This document shows positions 31,647 through 40,823 of a stretch of 64,000 nt of DNA, one piece after another; the stretch's first letter is position 1; each line of letters opens with the position of its first letter. The DNA is from an uncultured delta proteobacterium. GTDB lineage: Bacteria > Desulfobacterota > Binatia > UBA9968. The position numbers were made by a program, and so were the translations under genes. Where the stretch lies: positions 64,001-128,000 of the forward strand of contig CAWDPO010000041.1 in the NCBI GenBank assembly GCA_963804165.1. Direction: 5' to 3'. The notes under the pieces are model-generated. The model saw only the letters and a program-made list of their open reading frames with translations. It was not told the origin of the DNA and ran no database searches.

Positions 31647-32687
31647 TTAGCCCCGCGTGGACGACATCGGTTCCCGATAGGACTCTCCCTTCTTAAGCAT
31701 CCAGAAAGCCGCCTCGGCCAAGTGTCGGGCGACCGCCACAATCGCTTTGCCATGACCGCGCCTGGCTTTGACGTTTTCATACAGCCGGCTGATATGTCGG
31801 TACTGGCAGCGCTCGCGGTTGAGCACCGCGCTGTTGGCCGCCTCGACGAAGGCCCACTTGAGATACAGGTTCACATCTTTGCGCACCCGCCCGTAGCGGA
31901 TCTTGCCGCCACTGGAGTTCTCTCGCGGTACCAGTCCCGCATAGCTCGCCAACTGTTCGGCTCGGCCAAAGCGTTCGATGGTGCCGATCTCAGTCCAAAT
32001 CACCACCGCCAGCATTTCACCGACCCCCGGCTCACTCTTCAAGTAGGTCGTCTGGGGGCAGGGAGCAAACGCTGCTTGCATCTTTGCTTCGATGACCTTG
32101 AGATTGGCTTGTACATGATCGAGTTCGTCAAGCATCAACTTCAGCGCTTCGCCGGTATGAGGGGGCAGTTTAGCCAGCAGTCCTTCGAGGATCTGTCGTC
32201 CCTGCTTGCCAAAGGCGTCGCTGATTCCGTCCACCTTAAAGCCGTACTTACTTATAGTGGCGTGAATCCGATTCTTGAGTTGGGTGCGTTGATTGCTCAA
32301 CACCATGCGGGTGCGCGGCAACTCCCGAGCGTCGCGCACCGCGGACGGGGGAATCCAGACCGTCGGCAGGGTTCCTGCCCTCTGCAAACGGTTCATTCCT
32401 TTGGCATCCAACTTATCGCTCTTGTTGACGCTGCCGATCATCAGCTTGGCCAAGCGTGCATTGACCAGTTGCGGACTCCCTTTTCCAGCTTCGATCTCAT
32501 CGACTACCCAGTACCAGTTCCCAACCGTCTCCACCGCCACGGGAGTTCCGGGATTCCACTTCTTGGTAAAGTTCTCGATGGTTCCACCAACGTGCGCGAG
32601 TTTGCACTCATAGAGCTTATCGCCCTTGTCGTTTTCCACTCGCGCCCAGCTGTAGTGCTTGTGAACATCCAATGCAATGTATTCCAT
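31647..32687 (-). CDS. IS110 family transposase (DEDD RuvC-like recombinase)
   Basis: IALDVHK, VAVE, KSDKLDA, PGVG, SYAGLVP..NSSGGK, A.VAVARHL; AAGGAGG SD. Confidence 0.95.
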   Translation of the reverse strand: MEYIALDVHKHYSWARVENDKGDKLYECKLAHVGGTIENFTKKWNPGTPVAVETVGNWYWVVDEIEAGKGSPQLVNARLAKLMIGSVNKSDKLDAKGMNRLQRAGTLPTVWIPPSAVRDARELPRTRMVLSNQRTQLKNRIHATISKYGFKVDGISDAFGKQGRQILEGLLAKLPPHTGEALKLMLDELDHVQANLKVIEAKMQAAFAPCPQTTYLKSEPGVGEMLAVVIWTEIGTIERFGRAEQLASYAGLVPRENSSGGKIRYGRVRKDVNLYLKWAFVEAANSAVLNRERCQYRHISRLYENVKARRGHGKAIVAVARHLAEAAFWMLKKGESYREPMSSTRG

Positions 32688-32836
32688 TTGCGATTTCCTC
32701 CTTCACCCGCCAGTCTAGTCACTGACGCTGTGGATTCCATCGCTTTCATATTAATCAGCATGACAACCCGCGAACAGCCAACTCCGCCAGAAGAACCATT
32801 CCGACTTCTCTCGCTTCGTGTCCTTAGTGCATTCTT

Positions 32837-34256
32837 CTAGGGTTTAACGAGTGCGGGCCGTCGCGTGTGCCAATCTGTTGCGCTTTGATAGGCTGCCGCC
32901 ATATTTAAAACGGTTTGGTCGCCGAACCAGGCGCCGATCAACTGCATACCGATCGGCATGTTTTCCGGACTGATACCGCAGGGAAGCGAGCAGCCGGGCA
33001 AACCGAGCATGCTCGGAAAGCGCAACAGATTGGAATGATTGTAACTCGCGTGGCGTGTATCGTCGCCATTGCCTTTTACGCCGTCGACGAGGAGCGGCGC
33101 GACTCTGCCGGTGGTCGGCGAGGCGATGATGTCGACTTTCTCATACGCTGCGCGCACGCGCCTCACGAATCTTGTGGCGCGCGCGCTGGGCGGTTAAATA
33201 TTCGGACGCGGTGATCGTCATGCCCACGGCAATGCCTCGGGCGACGTGGGGCACATAATCTTGATGGCGCTCGCGAAACCAACGGCGGTTGATGCCGGCG
33301 CTCTCGGCGGAGCTGGTCAACATGGAAGTCATCGCGGCGTACTTTAGCTCGGGAACGTCGACATCGACGATTTCGCAACCTGCGTCACCGAAAATTTGGA
33401 GCGCTGCCTCGAAAGCTTGCTTCACGGCAGGGTTCACGCCTTCCAAAAATGGCCGAAGAACACCGACTTTCAAGCCTGTGATATTAGCGTCAAGCCGAGC
33501 TGAGTAAGCCGGTTTTTCTTGATGTACACTCGCCGGATCGCGCGGGTCGTGGCCGGCGATGGGGTCCAAACCCAATGTGATGTCTTGCACCGACCGCGCA
33601 AACAGCCCCACATGATCTTGACTCCAGGCACCGCGGAACGAGCCGTGACGGCTGATGATGCCGAACGTGGGTTTAAAACCGACGATGCCGCAATAGGACG
33701 CCGGCCTGCGCACCGACGATCCGGTCTCGGTGCCATAGGAGAGCGGACCGATGCCGGCGGCAACGGCGGCCGCGGAGCCACCGCTCGACCCGCCGGCGAT
33801 GCGATCCACATTCCACGGATTGTGGACCGGGCCGAAGTGAGAAAGCGTCGACGTGCCGCCGTGGCCGAACTCGTCGAGATTCGTTTTGCCGATGATGATT
33901 GCACCGGCTGCGTGCAAGCGTTCAACTAAATGTGAATCTGTCGTAGACACCCAGTCCGCCAGAATCTTCGATCCGCCTGTGGTCAGCACGCCGGCGGTCT
34001 CAAACATATCTTTGATCGTCACGGGCACGCCGTGCAGCGGGCCGCGATAGTTTCCGCGGGCGATTTCCTGATCTGCTTTGCTTGCTTCGGCGGGCGCTTG
34101 TTCGCGTAGAACCGTGATGAAAGCGTTGAGCTTGCCTTCAAGCTGATTCAGATGCATCAGTGCCGTTTTCACGGCCTCGGCAGACGACAGCTCGCGCGCC
34201 GCGATGAGTTGTGAAAGTTCGGTCAAATTCAATTCAAGAATATTACCGGGAGTCAT
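32837..34256 (-). CDS. Amidase signature family enzyme (GatA/AtzE-like), frameshift near 33160
   Basis: GPLHGVPVTIKD, GKTNLDEF, GGSSGGS, GTETGSSVRRP; C-terminal PIGMQLIG in a second frame. Confidence 0.87.
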
Positions 34257-34258
34257 AG

Positions 34259-34447
34259 TCAAACCTTTTTGCTTGCGGGTTGCGCTTGCTGCGAAATCCA
34301 CGGCGTGCCTTGAGCGAACTCTTCCAGCTCGGCTACGACTCTTTCAAGATCGGCAATTTCGGCGGTGATGAATTCGAGATCGGTAGCCGAAAACTCAACT
34401 TCCTCGAGCAGCGCCAGTCTGTGCGCAATCTTGTCCTTGTCTGTCAT
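34259..34447 (-). CDS. Small acidic protein, possibly a GatC/AtzG-like amidase partner
   Basis: GAGGAG SD; 62 aa; helical acidic pattern; ends 2 nt before the amidase ATG. Confidence 0.6.
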   Translation of the reverse strand: MTDKDKIAHRLALLEEVEFSATDLEFITAEIADLERVVAELEEFAQGTPWISQQAQPASKKV

Positions 34448-34643
34448 ACCATTCTCCTCTTGTGGCGCGGTCATAGAACGGGTGAATCTAAGTTGCGGCC
34501 CTATCTCTGTAGGGATTTATAACTGAATGGTGTTTGATACAAGAAGCGCAAAGTTCATCAGCGTTGGTCGAATGAAAAAGCACTATGGGAATTTGTGGAC
34601 TAATGAAGGCGCTTGTGTTTTATTAATTTAAACGAGGTCATCA

Positions 34644-35372
34644 ATGAAAATACGGGCGTTGGGATTTTGTCGCGCTGGCCGAGCCAAGCCATTCTTCGTC
34701 AGCGTTTTTGTCGCCGCATGGTGCTTCATCTCGGGCAGCCTTTCATGGGCAGAGACCATTAAAGGCAGTATCCGGTACGTGGGCGCGCCGATTGATAAAA
34801 AGAAAACTTCCGTGACGATCGATCAATACGTTTGCGGCAAGGAAAAAGATCCGGAAGACTTGCTGCTCTCCTCGAACAACGGTATCCGCAACGCCGTGGT
34901 GTCGCTGCAGAATGTCCCGCCAGGGGCGAAGAGAGACTGGAATTTTCCGGCCGCGAAGATGGATCAGAAGCAATGCTCGTTCATTCCGCGCGTGGTCATC
35001 GTGCCGGCGGGCGGAACGGTAGAGTTTCTCAATAGCGACCGGCTGTTGCATAACGTCAGAAGTGCCGGCAAGGAGAATCCGCCGTTCAACCGAGCGCAAC
35101 CGCATGCGCGGAGCATTTCCTTCACGTTCAAACAGCCCGAGCTGCTTCGGGTCGATTGCGATCTCCATTCCTGGATGCGCGGTTGGGTCGTGGTTGCCGA
35201 GCATCCGTTCTACGCCGTAACCAACGAACAGGGCGAGTTTACCTTGGAAAATGTGCCGCGAGGCAAGTACACGCTGCAGGTGTGGCAGGAAAATTTGGGA
35301 AATGTGACGCAGGAAGTAGTGGTGGCAGACAAAGGACCCACGACGGTCTCGGTGGCGATGGGCAAAAAATAA
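34644..35372 (+). CDS. Secreted cupredoxin-like / carboxypeptidase-regulatory-like domain protein
   Basis: Signal peptide; DQKQCSFIP, FLNSD.LLHNV, CDLHSWM (candidate type-1 Cu ligands), AVTNEQGEF. Confidence 0.78.
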   Translation: MKIRALGFCRAGRAKPFFVSVFVAAWCFISGSLSWAETIKGSIRYVGAPIDKKKTSVTIDQYVCGKEKDPEDLLLSSNNGIRNAVVSLQNVPPGAKRDWNFPAAKMDQKQCSFIPRVVIVPAGGTVEFLNSDRLLHNVRSAGKENPPFNRAQPHARSISFTFKQPELLRVDCDLHSWMRGWVVVAEHPFYAVTNEQGEFTLENVPRGKYTLQVWQENLGNVTQEVVVADKGPTTVSVAMGKK

Positions 35373-35394
35373 AAACCGCCCGTTCCTTGACTCG

Positions 35395-35847
35395 CTAAGG
35401 AGCCACGGCGATTTTTTTGGCCGCTTCCCATCCGGCCGAATGGTTCGGTTCCGCGATTGCCCGAAGCGAGCCTCCCTCATCGAGCGCGATGGTAAATGTA
35501 ACCTTGGGAAAGGAATAGACCGGGTGGAGATAGACACGTGCGATCTCCGCGGTGTTGATGTATAGCGCGATGTAACGGATCGCGTGCTCGCTCAGGGAAG
35601 GATGTTCGCCGCCCGCCCCGATGTTGACGGTGACGTCAAACCATTGTCCGCGCTTGACGGAGTCCGGCGCGGTGATTTTCGGCGTATGTTTGGCATCAAA
35701 GGAGGTGCGTAATTCCTTGAACTCGGGAGTGAATTGCTCTTCCTGCGCAGCCCACACCGGTTGCGCTCTCCCACCGGCGACAAACGCGCCAAAAACAAGT
35801 CCGACCGCAGCGGCAGCCCAGATACGCGACCGTGGATGAACAATCAT
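35395..35847 (-). CDS. Secreted superoxide reductase-like (neelaredoxin/SORL class II) domain protein
   Basis: KHTPKITAPDSVK, HP....H.IRYI, PKVTF, C-terminal H...WE; N-terminal signal peptide; GGGAGG SD. Confidence 0.7.
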   Translation of the reverse strand: MIVHPRSRIWAAAAVGLVFGAFVAGGRAQPVWAAQEEQFTPEFKELRTSFDAKHTPKITAPDSVKRGQWFDVTVNIGAGGEHPSLSEHAIRYIALYINTAEIARVYLHPVYSFPKVTFTIALDEGGSLRAIAEPNHSAGWEAAKKIAVAP

Positions 35848-35891
35848 TTTTTAAATCCTCCCGTGTTTGACTAGCAAGTTCACCAATTCCA

Positions 35892-36944
35892 CTATGCCCC
35901 GCTAAGTACGTCGTAGGCCAGAACGCTTTCCTGCTTCCCGGCCACTCGCAAGAGCCCAAGATCGCGAACCCGCACGGCGTCCTTCACCCGGTCGTAGGTG
36001 TTCCCTGTGATCAGGATTTGTCCTGGTCCGGCATTCGCTTCGAATCGCTGGGCGATGTTGACCTCGTTGCCAATCACCGTGTAATCGGTTCTTCGCTCGG
36101 AGCCAATGTTCCCGGCAATGACAATGCCCGTGTTGATGCCAACACCCATGTGTAGACGAACCTCAGGAAACTTTGTGAAAGTGACTCGCATCAATTTTTC
36201 CTGAATGGCGAGGGCACAGCGGACCGCGCTTAAGGGATCATCTTCGCGAGCGATGGGCGCCCCAAAGAAGGCCATGAATCCATCGCCGCGAAATTTGTCG
36301 AGCGTCCCTCTGAATTCAAAGACGGTGTCGATGACGAGCTTCAAATAGCAATTGAGGATATCGACCACGTCCTGCGGATCGAGTTGTTCGGCGAGGGGTG
36401 TAAATCCCCGAAGGTCGCCGAACAGAATCGTGACCTCGCGCTTGTCGCCGCCCAACTTCAGATGACGCCCCGGATCGGCGACGATCTCGGCAGCCACGTC
36501 CGCAGAAACGTACCGGCCAAAGAGGTTACGGAGCAGATGGTTCTTTGTCTCGACGTCATCGTGGAGCGTCTTGATCCTGAGGAGCGACTTGACTCGCGTC
36601 AGGAGCTCTTCCCGGTTTACGGGTTTGCTCAGAAAATCGTCGGCCCCTGCTTCGATGCCGCGTATGCGGTCAGCCACGTCGGTGAGCGCGGTCAACATCA
36701 CGACGGGAAGGAGACAGGTGGCTTCATTGGCGCGGATACGCTGGCAAACTTCGTAACCGGACATACCCGGCATCATCACATCGAGCAGGACAAGATCCGG
36801 TGCTGCGCTGCCGATGAGCTCGAGAGCCGTAGGGCCGTCCTCTGCGGTAACTACTTCGTAGTGCGCCGATGTCAGCGCCCTCTCAAGTAGAGTCAGATTC
36901 TGCTTGTTGTCGTCAACTGCCAGAATGCGGGGAAGTCCACTCAC
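35892..36944 (-). CDS. Receiver domain-class III adenylate cyclase fusion
   Basis: REC (VDD, LDVMMP, FLSKP) plus cyclase FGDLRGF, DKFRGDG, DYTVIGNEVNIAQR. Confidence 0.92.
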   Translation of the reverse strand: MSGLPRILAVDDNKQNLTLLERALTSAHYEVVTAEDGPTALELIGSAAPDLVLLDVMMPGMSGYEVCQRIRANEATCLLPVVMLTALTDVADRIRGIEAGADDFLSKPVNREELLTRVKSLLRIKTLHDDVETKNHLLRNLFGRYVSADVAAEIVADPGRHLKLGGDKREVTILFGDLRGFTPLAEQLDPQDVVDILNCYLKLVIDTVFEFRGTLDKFRGDGFMAFFGAPIAREDDPLSAVRCALAIQEKLMRVTFTKFPEVRLHMGVGINTGIVIAGNIGSERRTDYTVIGNEVNIAQRFEANAGPGQILITGNTYDRVKDAVRVRDLGLLRVAGKQESVLAYDVLSGA

Positions 36945-36965
36945 GATGAATCAACTCTCAAAAAT

Positions 36966-37340
36966 TTATTGCTCAGGCAGCAAGTTCCGGATCAACTGCA
37001 ACAGCTCGCGCGGACTGTATGGCTTTGCCATATACGCCGTCGCCCCCGCATCCTTGGCTTTCTGGTCGTCGCCGCTGAGGGCAAACGAGGTAATTACGAC
37101 GATCGGGATAGCAGCGGTCTTAGGGTCGGCGCGAAGCCGGCGCGTCGCGTCCAGTCCGGACATCTTGGGAAGTTGGATGTCCATCAGGATCAGGTCGGGA
37201 ACCTCCTTGAGCGCGGTTGCCACGCCCAGCTCGCCGTCCGTCGCCTCGATCAGCCGGTAAGTGGTCCGCGCCAATAACTGGCGCACCATCTTCAGGTTAA
37301 ACTCGTTGTCTTCTACGTAAAGAATCGTCTTGCCGCTCAT
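36966..37340 (-). CDS. Single-domain response regulator (DivK-like)
   Basis: VEDNEFN, MDIQLP, TSFAL, YMAKP; overlaps the kinase stop (ATGA). Confidence 0.9.
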   Translation of the reverse strand: MSGKTILYVEDNEFNLKMVRQLLARTTYRLIEATDGELGVATALKEVPDLILMDIQLPKMSGLDATRRLRADPKTAAIPIVVITSFALSGDDQKAKDAGATAYMAKPYSPRELLQLIRNLLPEQ

Positions 37341-39040
37341 GTGACCTCACCGTGATTCATGCGCAGAGGGATGGTAAAGAAAAAAGTCGATCCCTTGCCC
37401 AATTCGCTATCCACCCAGATCCGGCCGCCATGCATTTCCACGAATTTCTTTGTGATGTTCAGTCCGAGTCCGGTCCCACTGAACTCACGCGTGATTGCCG
37501 TGTCTACTTGTTGGAATTCACCGAAGATATTTTCGAGTTCGTTCGTAGGTATGCCGATTCCGGTATCCGATACGCGATAGAGCAAGTTTTCCCCTTGCTG
37601 CTCCACCCAGAGCGACACGCGTCCGTGCTTGCTGAATTTCAGCGCGTTTCCCACCAGGTTCATCAGACATTGGGTGATCCGCTTGCCGTCGCCCAGCGCG
37701 AGGGGAATATCATCCTCGGCCGCGGCGACGAAGTCCAAACCTTTTTCCAAAGCGAGCGATTGGAGCGAAGAACGGACGATCTCCACGACATCCTGGACCG
37801 AATACTCCGCCAAAACAAGCTCCATGCGGCCGGCTTCGATCTTGGAGAGATCCAGCACGTCGTTGATCAGGCGCAGCAGATGCTTGCCGTTGGTTTGGAC
37901 ATCCGTCAAAGGCTCCCGCAGGTGGGCCGGAACCTCGCCGTAGATCTCGTCGAGCATCATCTCGACAAAGCCGAGGATCGCATTCATCGGCGTGCGCAGC
38001 TCGTGTGACATGTTGGCGAGGAAATTCGATTTTGCTTTGCTGGCTTGCTGGAGCTGCTCGTTCAACCGCTGCAGTTCCTGAGACGCCTGATTCTGACTCT
38101 CGTAGAGACGGTGCAGTTCCTGGCTCATGTGGTTCATATGCGCCGCCAACGCGCCGAACTCGTCGCGATTTGGCACGTTGATCGTCGCCGCAAAGTTTCC
38201 TTTCGCCACCTCGCTCAGGAAGCCATGAGCCTTCTGCACGGGTAGGATAAAGGACCATGAGATGATGAAACCTAACAACAACGCCACCAGCATCAATGTC
38301 GCGGCGCTGACCGCCATGAGGATCAGCGTATTCCGGTTGGCCGCGGCGACGTTGGCCCGGAGTTGGTCCATCTTGTTGCGCTCGCGCTCGACCAACTGCG
38401 TGACGAATTCTTCGATGCGCCGATAGAGAGGATACTGCTTGTTCTGCTGCAGCCGCATCGCAGCTTCGACTTTACCGTCCCGAATCAGGTTTGCAATATC
38501 GGCCACGGTGGTCAGCGCCTCTCCCTGGGCGGTGCGGATCCGTTGGATCAGCTCTACCTCTTCCGGTTGAGCGGCCTTCTCAAGACGAGCCAGTGTATTG
38601 TTGAATCGGTTGTTCTCACGAAGAATGCTTTCGACCGTGGCCTCGCTTCGCAAGAGCAAAGCCATGGCTGTGAAGTTCATCTGCATGGCCAGGGCGTGCT
38701 GGATATCCTGCGACCAGTGCACCCGTTCGTGAGCCTCATCCAGGAGTTGGGCCTGACTGGACATTTTGGCGATGATCTGAAGGCTCATGGCGCCAATGCC
38801 GATCACCAGCAAAGTGACGAGGAGATAACCGGCGAGCAGTTTTGCATGAACCGAGGCCTTGATGGCCGCAACCCAATGCACCAACCTTCCCAACGGTGAT
38901 CGGGTCAGGAGAAACTGCACAATCCGTTCTTCCAAGCCGGCTGGCGCCGGAGCGGAGATCACGTCGCCGTCAGGAAGAGTGACTTCTGGTTTTGACACGT
39001 ACCTACTCTGCGGATCTAGCGCGAAGCTAGCAAAGGCCAA
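37337..39040 (-). CDS. Membrane sensor histidine kinase (2 TM, four-helix sensor, HAMP); start uncertain
   Basis: NRDEFG HAMP, FLANMSHELRTPM H-box, NLVGNALKF, DTGIGI, GTGLGL. Confidence 0.92.
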   Translation of the reverse strand: MAFASFALDPQSRYVSKPEVTLPDGDVISAPAPAGLEERIVQFLLTRSPLGRLVHWVAAIKASVHAKLLAGYLLVTLLVIGIGAMSLQIIAKMSSQAQLLDEAHERVHWSQDIQHALAMQMNFTAMALLLRSEATVESILRENNRFNNTLARLEKAAQPEEVELIQRIRTAQGEALTTVADIANLIRDGKVEAAMRLQQNKQYPLYRRIEEFVTQLVERERNKMDQLRANVAAANRNTLILMAVSAATLMLVALLLGFIISWSFILPVQKAHGFLSEVAKGNFAATINVPNRDEFGALAAHMNHMSQELHRLYESQNQASQELQRLNEQLQQASKAKSNFLANMSHELRTPMNAILGFVEMMLDEIYGEVPAHLREPLTDVQTNGKHLLRLINDVLDLSKIEAGRMELVLAEYSVQDVVEIVRSSLQSLALEKGLDFVAAAEDDIPLALGDGKRITQCLMNLVGNALKFSKHGRVSLWVEQQGENLLYRVSDTGIGIPTNELENIFGEFQQVDTAITREFSGTGLGLNITKKFVEMHGGRIWVDSELGKGSTFFFTIPLRMNHGEVT

Positions 39041-39214
39041 TCTGCTTCGTCAAGGTAACTGTCCGCGCGCTCGTTTGACAGGACGCCAACCTGTCGAATA
39101 TTTTAACTTGCAGAACGTTAAGCGCGCCACCGCGCTCGTAAGTTTTACAGAGATCGCCGACTTTTGCAGTACCTCGGGCATCTCGCTCGTCGAGAGGGAG
39201 GTTGCAAAGCAACG

Positions 39215-39559
39215 ATGCCGGTTTTCGAGTTTAGATGCAAAGAGTGCGAAGCAGTGACGGAAGTTCTCTGCTGGGGCGCCGGGTTCGCGAAGCATCGGGT
39301 GACTTGCGGTCAGTGCGGCAGCAAGGCCACCGCGAAGGTGATTTCCCGGGTAAGCTTCAAGGTCGCGAAGCCGGCCAAGTACAGTGAAGAGTTCTTGCAC
39401 AAAGCCCGGCCGTTTTTACGCAGGCAGAAAGAAACGGCGGAATATTTCGCCGAGGGAAAGGGCTCGGAAGATTCCAGAACCTTTGATCTCGCGGAGCGGA
39501 TCGGCGAGCGCATCGATCGAACCCTCACGACTCGGGTGCCGTCGCGCAAAATGAAGTAA
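39215..39559 (+). CDS. FmdB family zinc-ribbon protein
   Basis: MPVFEFRCKEC...CGQCGS...KVIS; GGAGG upstream. Confidence 0.82.
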   Translation: MPVFEFRCKECEAVTEVLCWGAGFAKHRVTCGQCGSKATAKVISRVSFKVAKPAKYSEEFLHKARPFLRRQKETAEYFAEGKGSEDSRTFDLAERIGERIDRTLTTRVPSRKMK

Positions 39560-39585
39560 CTCGACATTCCAAGGAAGGCGGAACG

Positions 39586-40725
39586 ATGTGGAACGGATTT
39601 AAAGTCATCGATTCGGACGCGCACCACCATGAACCGATAGACATGTGGGAGCGCTATCTGGAGCCGCAGTACCGAGACCGGGTCCCCAAGGTCATCGGCA
39701 TGCAGCGCAATTTCTACGTCTATGCTCAGGATAACCAGTTGTCCCCCGTGTTAGAAGCGGGCTCGCCGATACCTGCCCATCACGATAAATGGATGGCGGA
39801 CAAGTACGGCGAAGCGTACGACCGATGGTGGTCGCCTGACATTCGCCTCAAAGACATGGATCGCTACGGGTGGGACATTCAAGTCATACTCTCGACCAAT
39901 GGCAATCGCATCATGGAGAGCGCGATACAAAACCCTCAAGTTGGCGGCGCCATGGCGCGGGCCTATCACAACTGGTGTCATGATTATGCCAGCGCCGACC
40001 GCGCGCGCCTGAAGTTCACCGCTACTTTGCCTGCCGGCGATAGCGTAGCCATGGTTGCAGAAGCTCGGCGCGCGGTAGAAAAGCTCGGCGCCGTCTCGGT
40101 GCGCAACCCCTTGCTGCCGCCCGGCAAATGGTTGCACGAACCCGAATACGATGCGCTGTGGCAGCTCGCCAGCGATCTTGATTTCCCCATCTCCGTTCAC
40201 GGCGAATCGCGCCATGTTCGGGCCGCGCCGTTTCGTGCGCTGCGAGCAGATGAGGGGCCTTTCAGCGCGCTCGATCACGTGATCGGCTTTCCGATGGACA
40301 ATATGGTGACCCTGGCGCACTTCATTTTCACCGGTATCTTGGATCGCTTTCCCAAGCTGCGGCTTGGCATTTTGGAGTCTAACGCCGGCTGGGCCAATTT
40401 TTGGCTGCCGCGCATGGACGATCACTCCCATGGGCGCCGGCTCATCCTCGGCGCCGGCTTGCCTCTGAAACCGAGCGAATACGTCAACCGGCAGTGCGTG
40501 ATCTCCGCCGACCCCGACGAGCCTGGCCTCGACGGGGTAATCGACTTCATGGGCGACGACAATCTCGTCTGGAACACCGATTATCCTCATCCGGATGCGC
40601 CGGACCCGGATAAAGTTTTGCCCTGGTTCTCGGCTCAACCCATTTCGGACGACAGCAAGCGAAAAATATTATGGGACAACGCGATCAGACTCTACGGGCC
40701 GCGGCTGTTGAAAAGCAGCCCATAG
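39586..40725 (+). CDS. Amidohydrolase family protein (Amidohydro_2)
   Basis: IDSDAH, SVH, LES, TDYPHPD, KILWDNA. Confidence 0.88.
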   Translation: MWNGFKVIDSDAHHHEPIDMWERYLEPQYRDRVPKVIGMQRNFYVYAQDNQLSPVLEAGSPIPAHHDKWMADKYGEAYDRWWSPDIRLKDMDRYGWDIQVILSTNGNRIMESAIQNPQVGGAMARAYHNWCHDYASADRARLKFTATLPAGDSVAMVAEARRAVEKLGAVSVRNPLLPPGKWLHEPEYDALWQLASDLDFPISVHGESRHVRAAPFRALRADEGPFSALDHVIGFPMDNMVTLAHFIFTGILDRFPKLRLGILESNAGWANFWLPRMDDHSHGRRLILGAGLPLKPSEYVNRQCVISADPDEPGLDGVIDFMGDDNLVWNTDYPHPDAPDPDKVLPWFSAQPISDDSKRKILWDNAIRLYGPRLLKSSP

Positions 40726-40823
40726 GGTTCACGAACGCGACGTCGTTTCAATTCTTGAAATTCGCTGGCGGTGGAATTTTTGCAGATCACTAGCGATCAA
40801 CCGCCAGTCGACTGTCTGGGCAG

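Larger units (their letters stand above)
31442..32757 (-). mobile_element. Complete IS110-family (IS1111-type) insertion sequence, ~1316 bp
   Basis: Sub-terminal inverted repeats TATGAAAGC (31444-31452) / GCTTTCATA (32742-32750); TCA core at both junctions (31439-31441, 32755-32757); removal restores a REP; long 3' non-coding end. Confidence 0.88.

Noticed and set aside
31500-32840. 446-aa + strand ORF
   Set aside because: Antisense shadow of the IS110 transposase; it crosses the IS boundary and has no recognisable motifs
32837-34447. gatCAB operon
   Set aside because: No gatB follows; the amidase looks like a catabolic amidase-signature enzyme
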